This document shows, in pieces, positions 28,973 through 37,789 of a stretch of DNA of 64,000 nt. Origin of the DNA: a virus; IMG/VR virus record IMGVR_UViG_3300045988_162372. One strand, given 5' to 3'. The stretch's first letter is position 1, and each line of letters begins with the position of its first letter. The translations under genes and the position numbers were made by a program. Below the pieces are notes generated by a model. The model saw only the letters and a list, made by a program, of their open reading frames with translations. It was not told the origin of the DNA and ran no database searches.

Positions 28973-29188
28973 TTATTTCTTCTTTGCAAAATAACCTCTT
29001 AGTGCAGCTTCTGCACTTTCTTTGGATTTGTAATCAGCAGCCCAATCACCATCTGCTTCATTGTGACCTTTTCCTTTATGTCCACGGATTTTCCATTTGT
29101 TGCCTTCTTTATGGATAACATTCTTTAATTCTTCTTTAATGATTCTCTTCAAATCACTTTCAGTTATAACAAAATTTTTTTTCACCAT
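28973..29188 (-). CDS. small protein with the leader motif
   Basis: The track ORF extends to 29314 across the divergent promoter. The ATG at 29188 gives MVKKNFVITESDLKRIIKEELKNV. Confidence 0.55.
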   Translation of the reverse strand: MVKKNFVITESDLKRIIKEELKNVIHKEGNKWKIRGHKGKGHNEADGDWAADYKSKESAEAALRGYFAKKK

Positions 29189-29216
29189 AGTTTTAACACT
29201 AATTTTCTTATAAATA

Positions 29217-29248
29217 TTTGCATATATCAAAAGAAATATGTATCTTTG
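29217..29248 (+). promoter_or_regulatory. Bacteroides-type promoter
   Basis: TTTG at 29217-29220, a 20-nt spacer, then TATCTTTG at 29241-29248. The track ATG at 29238 overlaps the -7 box, so the real start is downstream. Confidence 0.7.
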
Positions 29249-29276
29249 CAACAGAATTATAAATTGTAAATTGATT

Positions 29277-29888
29277 ATGGCTAATAAAGATTGGACTGGA
29301 AATGCAAACAGCATTTGGAAAACATTGGGTGCAAGTAATCATACTGATAAAGAACGTCAAAATGAAGACTACTATGCAACTGATCCAATAGCTGCTGAAT
29401 GGTTGTTAAAAATCGAAGAGATACCAAAGGATAAACCTATATGGGAATGTGCGGCAGGCGAAAAACATCTTTCAAAAGTATTTGAAGAACATGGCTATAA
29501 AGTACGTTCAAGCGACCTTATTGTAAGGATAGAAGACGTAGAACAGCTTGATTTTCTTACAAGCAATGAAACATGGGATGGAACAATAATCACAAATCCA
29601 CCATACAATCAGGCAGTAAATTTTATACAGAAAGCAATGGAGAGTATAACGGAAGGTAATAAAGTGATTATGTTTTTGAAAGTTCAGTTTCTTGAAGGAA
29701 AATCTAGAAAGAAACTTTTTGAAAAATACCCTCCTAAAACAGTATGGGTTTCTTCTTCTCGTATTACTTGTGCTAAAAATGGCGATTTTGAGTACATGAA
29801 GGCTAATGGGGGTTCTGCTGTTGCTTATGCCTTTTATGTGTGGCAAAAAGGGTATAAAGGAGATACTATTCTAAAATGGTTTAATTAA
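29277..29888 (+). CDS. DNA methyltransferase with an NPPY motif (N6-adenine type)
   Basis: Starts MANKDWTGN. Has ECAAGEKHL (SAM-binding-like) and TIITNPPYNQ (motif IV). Confidence 0.75.
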   Translation: MANKDWTGNANSIWKTLGASNHTDKERQNEDYYATDPIAAEWLLKIEEIPKDKPIWECAAGEKHLSKVFEEHGYKVRSSDLIVRIEDVEQLDFLTSNETWDGTIITNPPYNQAVNFIQKAMESITEGNKVIMFLKVQFLEGKSRKKLFEKYPPKTVWVSSSRITCAKNGDFEYMKANGGSAVAYAFYVWQKGYKGDTILKWFN

Positions 29889-29902
29889 AATGCGATATAA
29901 AA

Positions 29903-30469
29903 ATGATAGAAACTGAAATTATATACAACGATAGCACTGAGCGTGTAAAAGCCTATAAAGACTTCAATAAAGAAACACGCACAGTTACTTTTTATCTTGA
30001 TGATAAGAAAATGTTTCCAATTGATAAGGATGAGGATGGTTTTACTGAATATATTCCAACACCGTATGAATTGTTTGGTATTGAATGTGGTGATGGATGG
30101 AAGGGTTTAATTGAACCTATTATGGAATATATAAACAATTATAATAAAGACAAGAAAGAAGAAGATAAAATTATAATATTCCAGATTAAAGAAAAATTCG
30201 GAGGACTAAGATTCTACGTTGACCACGGAAACGAAGAACTTCATAATATGATAGATAAAGCTGAAGAAGAAAGCTATAAAGTTTGTGAATTTTGCGGAAG
30301 TAAAGAAGATGTAGGTCAAACGGCTAATGGATGGATTACAACTTTGTGTCACAACTGTGTTAAGAAAATAACACAAGAAAAAGAAGTACCTATCCGTTGG
30401 AGAAGAAATAGTGATGAAAAACTTTATATTGTAAAATTCAATGAAGATGATGAATTAATAGAAAAATAA
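29903..30469 (+). CDS. hypothetical protein with a C-terminal CxxC...CxxC
   Basis: 188 aa; contains CEFCGSKEDVGQTANGWITTLCHNC. Confidence 0.6.
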   Translation: MIETEIIYNDSTERVKAYKDFNKETRTVTFYLDDKKMFPIDKDEDGFTEYIPTPYELFGIECGDGWKGLIEPIMEYINNYNKDKKEEDKIIIFQIKEKFGGLRFYVDHGNEELHNMIDKAEEESYKVCEFCGSKEDVGQTANGWITTLCHNCVKKITQEKEVPIRWRRNSDEKLYIVKFNEDDELIEK

Positions 30470-30486
30470 AAAAATTAATAAATAAT

Positions 30487-31713
30487 ATGGGTTGTTTTAA
30501 TAAAATGGGCTTTTATAGTCACCTGCCAATAACAGCAGGTGATGAAATTGTGATGTTTATATGTGCTGATAATACACAGTCTAATAAAGGTAATAATAAT
30601 CCTATTTATATAGATGAGTTTTATGCTCCATTTTGTTTACCTATATATGGTACATATGACGAATATGGGTTTATTGAAAATATCGTAAAAGACACAAACA
30701 CTGATTTGCTTGAAAAGAAATTCGGCAAATCTGTAGAAGATATACTTAGATTAATATACGATTATGAAAGGGGTTATCCTACAGATATAGCTGAAAAATA
30801 TGTACACATGTTTAAAGATGTCATCGAAAAAAATAAAGTCCCAACATTGATACTTACAATGGAAAGGAAAGATGTATTCGATACAATGGTAAAACTTTCT
30901 GATAAACCATATTTTGATGCAAATGCTTGTAATCTATGGCATAATATAGGTGATTTTTGGCTCTCTCAATTAGGATTTATTAAAAAAGAAAAACTGGAAA
31001 AATATAATAATTTTCGATATGTTCTGGATAAATATGAGGGAGAATACTATGTTTCAAGCGATGGGCATTGTCCTCACATTATCAATAGTAAGACTTTGGC
31101 AGAATATCCTTGTTATAAAGGTTTTCAAGATTTAATCAGAAAGTGGAAGGAATTTACTGGTATTGAGCTTAAATTTAAGGATGAAAATTTATATGGCAAA
31201 AATATAATAGATTTGTCATTCGATATAACAAAAGAAGTATATTATACAAATTTTAAATATGAAAATAATGACATTATCACTAATGAAACAAATATTACAG
31301 ATGAAAATTTAATAAATATAATAAAAGATTATAAGAGACTTACGGAAAAAATAGGTAAGGGTAATTTTTTCACAGAAGATCATTATGTATTTGTTTATGA
31401 TGGGGAAACAAAATTTCCTAATGATATTATCCCATTCAATATGTATTGCTGTCTATTGTTTAGAGGCTCAATGCACTTGTATGATGATTATTATAATATT
31501 TTTACTGACGAATTTAAAGATATATGTTGCAAATTTGCTAAATTTAATTATACTTTAAGAGGTCTTTGCGGAAAATATGATGTATCCATGTATGGCAATC
31601 AGAGTGTTTCAGACAGATTTTATTTGAACAATTTTGCAAAGTTAAATAATTCATATTCACAAATCATTGAAAAATTATATAAACGATATGACGACATTGA
31701 AGAAACTGAATGA
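30487..31713 (+). CDS. hypothetical protein
   Basis: 408-aa ORF with an ATG start. Confidence 0.65.
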   Translation: MGCFNKMGFYSHLPITAGDEIVMFICADNTQSNKGNNNPIYIDEFYAPFCLPIYGTYDEYGFIENIVKDTNTDLLEKKFGKSVEDILRLIYDYERGYPTDIAEKYVHMFKDVIEKNKVPTLILTMERKDVFDTMVKLSDKPYFDANACNLWHNIGDFWLSQLGFIKKEKLEKYNNFRYVLDKYEGEYYVSSDGHCPHIINSKTLAEYPCYKGFQDLIRKWKEFTGIELKFKDENLYGKNIIDLSFDITKEVYYTNFKYENNDIITNETNITDENLINIIKDYKRLTEKIGKGNFFTEDHYVFVYDGETKFPNDIIPFNMYCCLLFRGSMHLYDDYYNIFTDEFKDICCKFAKFNYTLRGLCGKYDVSMYGNQSVSDRFYLNNFAKLNNSYSQIIEKLYKRYDDIEETE

Positions 31714-32569
31714 TAATGCACAGTGGCTTAATGCGGATTGTATTGAAACAATGCAATATATGAAAGAACATAACATACAAGTGGATTTAACTGTTACAAG
31801 TCCACCTTATGACAACCTTAGAACTTACGGGAATAAAACAGATTGGTCTTTCGACAAATTCAAAGAAATTACAAAACTTTTATATGATATAACTTCAGAT
31901 GGAGGAATTGTCGTTTGGGTGGTCGGTGATGCCACTATTAACGGTTCTGAAACTGGTTCGTCATTCAAACAAGCATTGTATTTTATGGAATGTGGTTTCA
32001 AACTACATGATACAATGATATATGAAAAGAATAGCAGTTCATTTCCTGCAAGACGAGATAGTAAAAGATATACACAAATATTTGAATATATGTTTGTCTT
32101 TGTTAAAGACAAAATTAAAACAGGGCATTTAATATGTGACAAAAAAAATATCTGGGCTGGTGTAACTAATTGGGGATGCAATACACAATATGATGTAAAC
32201 GGCAATAAAGTAGTTCGTAATGATATTAAACCAGTACCAGAATTTTCACCACGTACTAATATATGGAAATATTCAGTAGGCTTTAACGTAAATATAGGTA
32301 AACATAGTGCTGTTTTTCCTATTAAATTAGCTGAAGACCATATATTATCATGGAGCAATGAAGGTGATATTGTGTTTGACCCATTCTTGGGGAGCGGAAC
32401 AACTATGTTTGCAGCAATTAAAAATAATAGAAGATTTATTGGCTGTGAAATAAATGAAGATTATGTTAAATCCTATGAGGATAATTATAAACAATATTTA
32501 AAGAGATGGCAAAATGATATTAATAGAAAGAATAAAGAAGCTGTTTCAGAGAAAGAAGAAAATAACTGA
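31688..32569 (+). CDS. beta-class DNA methyltransferase (N4-C/N6-A family)
   Basis: The first ATG is 31688; the track start 31667 is TTG. Motif IV is VTSPPY, and motif I (FDPFLGSGTT) follows it, which is the beta-class order. Confidence 0.85.
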   Translation: MTTLKKLNDNAQWLNADCIETMQYMKEHNIQVDLTVTSPPYDNLRTYGNKTDWSFDKFKEITKLLYDITSDGGIVVWVVGDATINGSETGSSFKQALYFMECGFKLHDTMIYEKNSSSFPARRDSKRYTQIFEYMFVFVKDKIKTGHLICDKKNIWAGVTNWGCNTQYDVNGNKVVRNDIKPVPEFSPRTNIWKYSVGFNVNIGKHSAVFPIKLAEDHILSWSNEGDIVFDPFLGSGTTMFAAIKNNRRFIGCEINEDYVKSYEDNYKQYLKRWQNDINRKNKEAVSEKEENN

Positions 32570-33086
32570 GGAAACACGTTCTATCTCATATATTAAAAAT
32601 ATGATGATAATCAGAACTAATCAGCTTAGTTTCTATGAAGTTAAAAAATATTTAGATAACAATGATTATCTATATTTTGTTTTCTATGACAATCTAAGTG
32701 AATGTAGCCAATCAATTATTGTTTATAATATACCCGCAATGTATTTTATTGAACAATTAACTGAAATAAATAAAAATTTAAGATGTGAACTTTATACTTT
32801 TGATGAGACACATCATAGACTTGTTACAAATATATATTTTAAAGGAAAGCTCTTTAAAGGTGATATTATAGAAACCGATATTCAGAATGATTATTTAAGT
32901 GAAGTAATGAAACAATGTAAGTTTACTTTTACTTTTTTCAATCAAATAGCCCATATTAGACAAATCATTTCAAATAGGGATAAAAATTATAATGTAAACC
33001 AATTGTTAAATAACAGCATTGACAGTACCAGAAGTGAAAGAAACCGCAGAGAATCAAGAAATAAACTTTATTTCTCTGCAATTTAA
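32514..33086 (+). CDS. hypothetical protein; start uncertain (32514 or 32601)
   Basis: The ATG at 32514 overlaps the methyltransferase gene by 56 nt. An alternative ATG at 32601 lies after that gene's stop. Confidence 0.55.
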   Translation: MILIERIKKLFQRKKKITEETRSISYIKNMMIIRTNQLSFYEVKKYLDNNDYLYFVFYDNLSECSQSIIVYNIPAMYFIEQLTEINKNLRCELYTFDETHHRLVTNIYFKGKLFKGDIIETDIQNDYLSEVMKQCKFTFTFFNQIAHIRQIISNRDKNYNVNQLLNNSIDSTRSERNRRESRNKLYFSAI

Positions 33087-33106
33087 TAAAAATTAAGGTT
33101 TATGGT

Positions 33107-33137
33107 TTTGTTATATCAGAACAAAATAGTATCTTTG
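33107..33137 (+). promoter_or_regulatory. Bacteroides-type promoter of the lipoprotein cassette
   Basis: TTTG at 33107-33110, a 19-nt spacer, then TATCTTTG at 33130-33137. Confidence 0.7.
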
Positions 33138-33224
33138 CAATGTTTTTGAAGGATGACAATATTTATATAATGTTATATCAACAAGATAGAAACAGTTAAT
33201 AACTAATTTAAAATTATTTGAACG

Positions 33225-33407
33225 ATGAAAAAGATTTTATTTGCGGTATTTAGTTTAGTAGCCATTACAGTAGCTTCGTGCAGTAACGGCTCGGTTGCAG
33301 CAGACAAAGATGTTAAGGATTCTACAGCAGTAGATTCTGTCGTTGTAGTAGATTCAGTGGCTGTAGCCGATTCAGTTTCAACTGATTCTACGGTCGTATT
33401 TGAATAA
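33225..33407 (+). CDS. small lipoprotein (moron-like cassette)
   Basis: Signal peptide plus lipobox (MKKILFAVFSLVAITVASC), then a D/S/V-rich tail with DSxxV repeats. The segment looks more G+C-rich than its flanks. Confidence 0.7.
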   Translation: MKKILFAVFSLVAITVASCSNGSVAADKDVKDSTAVDSVVVVDSVAVADSVSTDSTVVFE

Positions 33408-33427
33408 ACGGATATGACTGAAAATTT

Positions 33428-33468
33428 TCCGCAGTCCCTATTATAAAGGAATTGCGGATTTTTTTTGG
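33428..33468 (+). terminator. intrinsic terminator
   Basis: tccgcag.../...ttgcgga stem followed by a T8 run. Confidence 0.7.
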
Positions 33469-33486
33469 ATATATCATTAAAATTTA

Positions 33487-34596
33487 TTATTTTTGATGTA
33501 TCTTCGCAAATTCGCTCCTTTCATGTGGATTATAAAGTGTTGGTGCTATAACTCCCAATGTAAATGGCATAATACTTGCAACGCCTAATGCCTGTAAAGC
33601 AAGACAAACATCATCCAATGTCGCACCGCTTGAAAGATTATCATCAAATACTATGACATGTTTTCCTGCTATTTTATACTGTATATCCTTGTATTTTGGG
33701 TTAATGGTAAATATGCCTTCAATAGAGCGTCTTTCTTTGTCATCAATTGACTTTATTTGCCAATTCTTTACTTTGCCAGTTTCTTTATCAATTGTCGGAT
33801 CAAGCCCTTTTTGCCCCTTTCTTAGATTTTTAATATCTTGGTTATACAAATCCACTTGTTGTTTCTTTTGAAGAATATTGTTAGGTAATCTTCCCCTATT
33901 CCCTTTTCTTTGGGAAAGATAAGATGATATTTCGTTTTGTAATTCATCTATTTTACGCCTAACATCTCTTATATCCTCATCTTTCTTCCATTTATTAACT
34001 TTCATCTGTAATCTATGAATTTGATTATCATCCAATCCTGCATTTCTCGCAGCATCAACATTTACATAGATGTTTCTTACATTCTTCACTAATAGTTCAG
34101 GTTGTAGTTTAATCCCTTCACTTTGAGGATACATATTAATCAGTTTACCAGTTATCTCTCTATTAAACTGTGAAGAAGATTGAGGAAAAGTAATAATATC
34201 AACAGGATTGTTTCCTATTATATATTTAATCAGCATAACTGAACGATTTATGAACTGTTGCATTGTCTTTTCATCCCTGATTACAGTTCTTTTCTGCATA
34301 TCAATCCCATGTTTTAACGCCTTATTCACATCCATATTTTTAATATTATATAGATTATAGGACATTACGTTTGATTTTGGTAATAATACCTTTCTAACCT
34401 TCAATGATTTATCTGGGTTGAATAATGTATCATCAATTTTGCTATTAGCACCAGGACGATAAGAAACCATACGGTTATCAGTACCTTTTACAGTCTTGAA
34501 ATCCAATGCTTCATTATCAAGCGTTTCAAACAAAAGGTCTATATTTTCTTGCAAATATCTATATTGTGCTTCTGTGATTTTAATCGTTTTTCCCAT
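33487..34596 (-). CDS. protein with a C-terminal type-I phosphoribosyltransferase (ComF-like) domain and the N-terminal leader motif
   Basis: PRPP-binding motif HVIVFDDNLSSGATLDDV lies about 38 aa from the C-terminus. The N-terminus is MGKTIKITEAQYRYLQENI. Confidence 0.7.
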   Translation of the reverse strand: MGKTIKITEAQYRYLQENIDLLFETLDNEALDFKTVKGTDNRMVSYRPGANSKIDDTLFNPDKSLKVRKVLLPKSNVMSYNLYNIKNMDVNKALKHGIDMQKRTVIRDEKTMQQFINRSVMLIKYIIGNNPVDIITFPQSSSQFNREITGKLINMYPQSEGIKLQPELLVKNVRNIYVNVDAARNAGLDDNQIHRLQMKVNKWKKDEDIRDVRRKIDELQNEISSYLSQRKGNRGRLPNNILQKKQQVDLYNQDIKNLRKGQKGLDPTIDKETGKVKNWQIKSIDDKERRSIEGIFTINPKYKDIQYKIAGKHVIVFDDNLSSGATLDDVCLALQALGVASIMPFTLGVIAPTLYNPHERSEFAKIHQK

Positions 34597-34648
34597 TATA
34601 TTAATAACATTTAACTATATAGATATAAATAGTTTCAGATATTATCTG

Positions 34649-34656
34649 TATCTTTG
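34649..34656 (+). promoter_or_regulatory. -7 box TATCTTTG upstream of the recombinase gene; the -33 is only TTTC
   Basis: ctgTATCTTTGcattg lies 108 nt upstream of ATG 34764. Confidence 0.5.
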
Positions 34657-34763
34657 CATTGTTAAAAGAATAAGAAACTATGCAACAATTTTTCTAACAA
34701 ATAATTAAAATATATAGTAATTTTTATATTAATGAGATATTTATATATAAAAGATAATAAATT

Positions 34764-35360
34764 ATGAAATCAAGCAAAGTAAAACAAATATTAAATGTAA
34801 CGCAACAAACCTTAAGCAACTATGTTGCCAAAGGGATATTGCATCCAGTGAAATTATCAAAAACACACTATGAATATGACGAGAATGAGGTTTATGCCTT
34901 GCTTGGTAAAAACAAGAACAATGACAGAATTTCTGTAACTTATGCAAGGGTTTCACTTCCAAAGCAAAAGGATGACTTGGAAAGACAAATTGAAAGGCTC
35001 TATTCCTATGCCATAAGCAACGGATATAATATTTCTGAACAGCTTTCCGACATAAAAAGCGGAATGGAATTTGAAAAACGCAAGAATTTCATGAAGCTGC
35101 TCAATATGGTTTGCGAAAATAGAGTCAAGACAGTAATTGTTGAAAATAAGGACAGGCTTGTACGTTTTGGATTCAATCTCTTGAAAGAGGTTTTCAAATT
35201 ACATGGTACGGAAATTCTGGTAATGTCTGATATTCCCAACAAATCTTATGAGCAAGAATTGACAGATGACCTTATTTCAATCATTCATTATTATTCAATG
35301 AAAAGTTATTCAAACAGAAGAAAATTGAACAATGCAGAAAAGATATTGAAAGGAGAATAA
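34764..35360 (+). CDS. tnpA: IS607-family serine recombinase (MerR-type HTH plus resolvase core)
   Basis: N-terminal HTH KVKQILNVTQQTLSNYVAKGIL, catalytic region VTYARVSLPKQKDDLERQ, and VIVENKDRLVRFG. Confidence 0.9.
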   Translation: MKSSKVKQILNVTQQTLSNYVAKGILHPVKLSKTHYEYDENEVYALLGKNKNNDRISVTYARVSLPKQKDDLERQIERLYSYAISNGYNISEQLSDIKSGMEFEKRKNFMKLLNMVCENRVKTVIVENKDRLVRFGFNLLKEVFKLHGTEILVMSDIPNKSYEQELTDDLISIIHYYSMKSYSNRRKLNNAEKILKGE

Positions 35361-35366
35361 ACAATC

Positions 35367-36995
35367 ATGATTACACGTAAGATAAAAATAACATATTGTA
35401 GCGATTTTGATTTTATCAAAGATAAGGTCAAAAGCTACTCCTATGCTATGAGGCTTATGTGTAAGATGATTGACGAATCTTCCGACAACAACTTTATTGC
35501 AAAATTCAAGACAAGGTTTAATCTTACAGACATCGAATATCGCTCGCTTGTTGCGGATGTAAAAGCGAAAATTACTTCAATGGAAACAACCAATGAGAGC
35601 AAGAAGAAGAAAATCGAAGAATTGAACAAGAGATTGTACGAGGACAAGATTTTGACAAAGAGGGAAAAATATAAGATATTTAACAAGGTTGCATTCCTTA
35701 CCAAATCGTTAGAGAATAATCTTGTCTTTGGCGGAAGAAATCTCCTGCAAAAGATAACAAGGGAATACAATAAAAAGTCGGACAAGGACGAAAAACTATT
35801 GAACGAATACTTGACAGAATACAGGAATAAAAGGAATGGAATACCTTGCTTTATCACTGGTGAAGCAAATCAGAAAGGCAATAGATTCTTTGATTTTTCG
35901 GGCTTGGGCAATAGTAAAGTGATTTATAAACCCTTTAAGGGAAAGAGGATTGAAATTGAATTCAAATTGCCAAAGAAGTTCAAAAATGATTTTTTGAAAC
36001 TCTCTGAAATGGTAGGAAAGAAGGAGATTTCCCTCACGGTTTCGCTTGGTTTGGAATACATTTATTTCACTTTTGATGAGGAAAAACTGAATGGGTACGC
36101 CATTGACGAAATTGAAAGGAGATTGGATGTCAAGGAAATCAAGAGACAAGGTTATCCGAAAGAGATTGAAACATTGAAAATAAAGGAGGTTTATAAGGAG
36201 TATTACGACAGACAAAGGGAAAGGAAACTTGTTGGAAAGATTAAAGACAGATGTGTTGCGGTTGATTTGAATCCTACAAACATTGGTTTTTCCATATTGG
36301 ATAAAACAGATGAAAACATCAGTATAATCCATTGCGGATGGTTTGATATGGAAAGGTTTTGCGTTAAAACTGGCAATGCTTCAGACAGTAAAGAACAAAG
36401 ATATCTAAACAACAAACGCAAATATGAATTGACTGTTGTTTTGAAAAAACTGTTTAATATCGCAAGATATTACAAATGCTCGCAATTCATAATGGAAGAT
36501 TTGGATGGTGATTTTAAAAACAAGGGAAAAGAGACCAATAGGAAGGTTAAGAATGTATGGAATAGAAACTTGATTGAAAATATCATAAGGAGGAGATGCA
36601 ATGAAAACGGTATAGAATTGATAAAGATAAATCCTGTGTATTCCAGTTTCATAGGAAACATCCAATACGGCTATGTGGATGCGGTAAACGCTTCCATTGA
36701 AATTGGAAGGCGTGGATTATTTAAATATACAAAGGGTACATTTTATCCGCATATCAGATACAAGGATTTGGACACTGTGGAAGCCAAATTTGGCGTAGAT
36801 GTTCCGAATGGTACTTCATCTGATTGGGTAACAATGTACAAGTCCTTAAAAGATTTATTTCCAGATGGAAATGAATTTTCACACAGATTGAGGACGGCAT
36901 TGAATGACATTCCAAAGAATAAGTATTCAATGTTCAGCATGAGTTCACATTATAGTAAAGTAAACTATATAAGATTTAATATTAAAAACTATTAA
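35367..36995 (+). CDS. tnpB: TnpB-like RuvC nuclease, 542 aa, apparently without the zinc-ribbon (TNB) insert
   Basis: RuvC-I is CVAVDLNPTNIGF (D300), RuvC-II is QFIMEDLDG (E377) and RuvC-III is YVDAVNASIEIGRRG (D438). Between INPVYSSFIG and D438 there are only ~8 residues and no CxxC pairs. Confidence 0.8.
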   Translation: MITRKIKITYCSDFDFIKDKVKSYSYAMRLMCKMIDESSDNNFIAKFKTRFNLTDIEYRSLVADVKAKITSMETTNESKKKKIEELNKRLYEDKILTKREKYKIFNKVAFLTKSLENNLVFGGRNLLQKITREYNKKSDKDEKLLNEYLTEYRNKRNGIPCFITGEANQKGNRFFDFSGLGNSKVIYKPFKGKRIEIEFKLPKKFKNDFLKLSEMVGKKEISLTVSLGLEYIYFTFDEEKLNGYAIDEIERRLDVKEIKRQGYPKEIETLKIKEVYKEYYDRQRERKLVGKIKDRCVAVDLNPTNIGFSILDKTDENISIIHCGWFDMERFCVKTGNASDSKEQRYLNNKRKYELTVVLKKLFNIARYYKCSQFIMEDLDGDFKNKGKETNRKVKNVWNRNLIENIIRRRCNENGIELIKINPVYSSFIGNIQYGYVDAVNASIEIGRRGLFKYTKGTFYPHIRYKDLDTVEAKFGVDVPNGTSSDWVTMYKSLKDLFPDGNEFSHRLRTALNDIPKNKYSMFSMSSHYSKVNYIRFNIKNY

Positions 36996-37007
36996 ATATG
37001 TTAATTT

Positions 37008-37748
37008 ATGTATCTGACAAAAGAAATCATTTTAGGAAGAGAAGAGAATTATGATGCAACCAAACTGAACTGTTGGGACTTCTGCAAAGGTGCTGACATT
37101 CGTGAAGGTATTAATATGAAATTTGGAAATATGCTTACTGATTTTCCGTTTGAAGTGAATGGGGTAAAATTCAAATGCAGTGAAATGTTATATCTTTGTG
37201 GACAATATTCAGATGGAAGTAAAACAAATAGCCAAATACAAAAAATGATTTGTGAATGTAATAACGGTTTCGCCGCCAAGAAATTCATTCGTAACAAATA
37301 TATTGATAATGTAAGAAAAGATTTTAACGATTTCAGAATACAATGGATGTTCTGGGTTGTATGGCAAAAGGTGATTGGCAATGAGGATTTTAAAAATTTA
37401 CTTCTTTCTGTACCAGATGATGCAATTATTATAGAAAACTCAAGTTGGCAAACAAGTACGACTGCTACTATATGGGGATGCAAGAATATGGAATTGAGAA
37501 GAATTAGACAGAATGTGAAACTTGAAATTGAGAACATCAGCACTCATATGACAAAAAAAGATGTCGAACATCTTGTTAGTGTTGAAACAAACAAAGTGAA
37601 TCAAGTCGGTGTATTCACAGGTCAAAATAATTTGGGGAAAATACTTATGCTTTGCAGGGAAGCTATTAAGAATAATATAATTCCAAAAATTGATTACAAT
37701 TTATTGTCTAAATATGATATATTTCTGATGAACAAGCGTTTGTTCTAA
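37008..37748 (+). CDS. NADAR (YbiA/DUF1768)-like protein
   Basis: LTDFPFEVNGVKFKCSEMLYLCGQY, RIQWMFWVVWQKV..NEDFKNLL and IIENS....IWGC match the NADAR motif order (SNF..F...G..F.S.EH..Q..K, W....M....KF, E....D..WG). Confidence 0.7.
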   Translation: MYLTKEIILGREENYDATKLNCWDFCKGADIREGINMKFGNMLTDFPFEVNGVKFKCSEMLYLCGQYSDGSKTNSQIQKMICECNNGFAAKKFIRNKYIDNVRKDFNDFRIQWMFWVVWQKVIGNEDFKNLLLSVPDDAIIIENSSWQTSTTATIWGCKNMELRRIRQNVKLEIENISTHMTKKDVEHLVSVETNKVNQVGVFTGQNNLGKILMLCREAIKNNIIPKIDYNLLSKYDIFLMNKRLF

Positions 37749-37789
37749 TATATTTATAATATAATAATGGATTGTTTCATATTGAACTT

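Larger units (their letters stand above)
34764..36995 (+). mobile_element. IS607-type two-gene unit (serine recombinase plus TnpB-like); element ends not defined
   Basis: The gene pair, its order and the 6-nt spacing are typical of IS607. Codon use and G+C look different from the neighbours. No inverted repeats or target duplication were recognised. Confidence 0.7.

Noticed and set aside
34613-36982. The shared string aactatata(a)gat..taat at 34613-34632 and 36963-36982, as possible IS607 terminal repeats.
   Set aside because: Only a 9-mer is exact and it is pure AT-rich sequence, so several chance occurrences are expected in this window. That is not enough to define the element ends.
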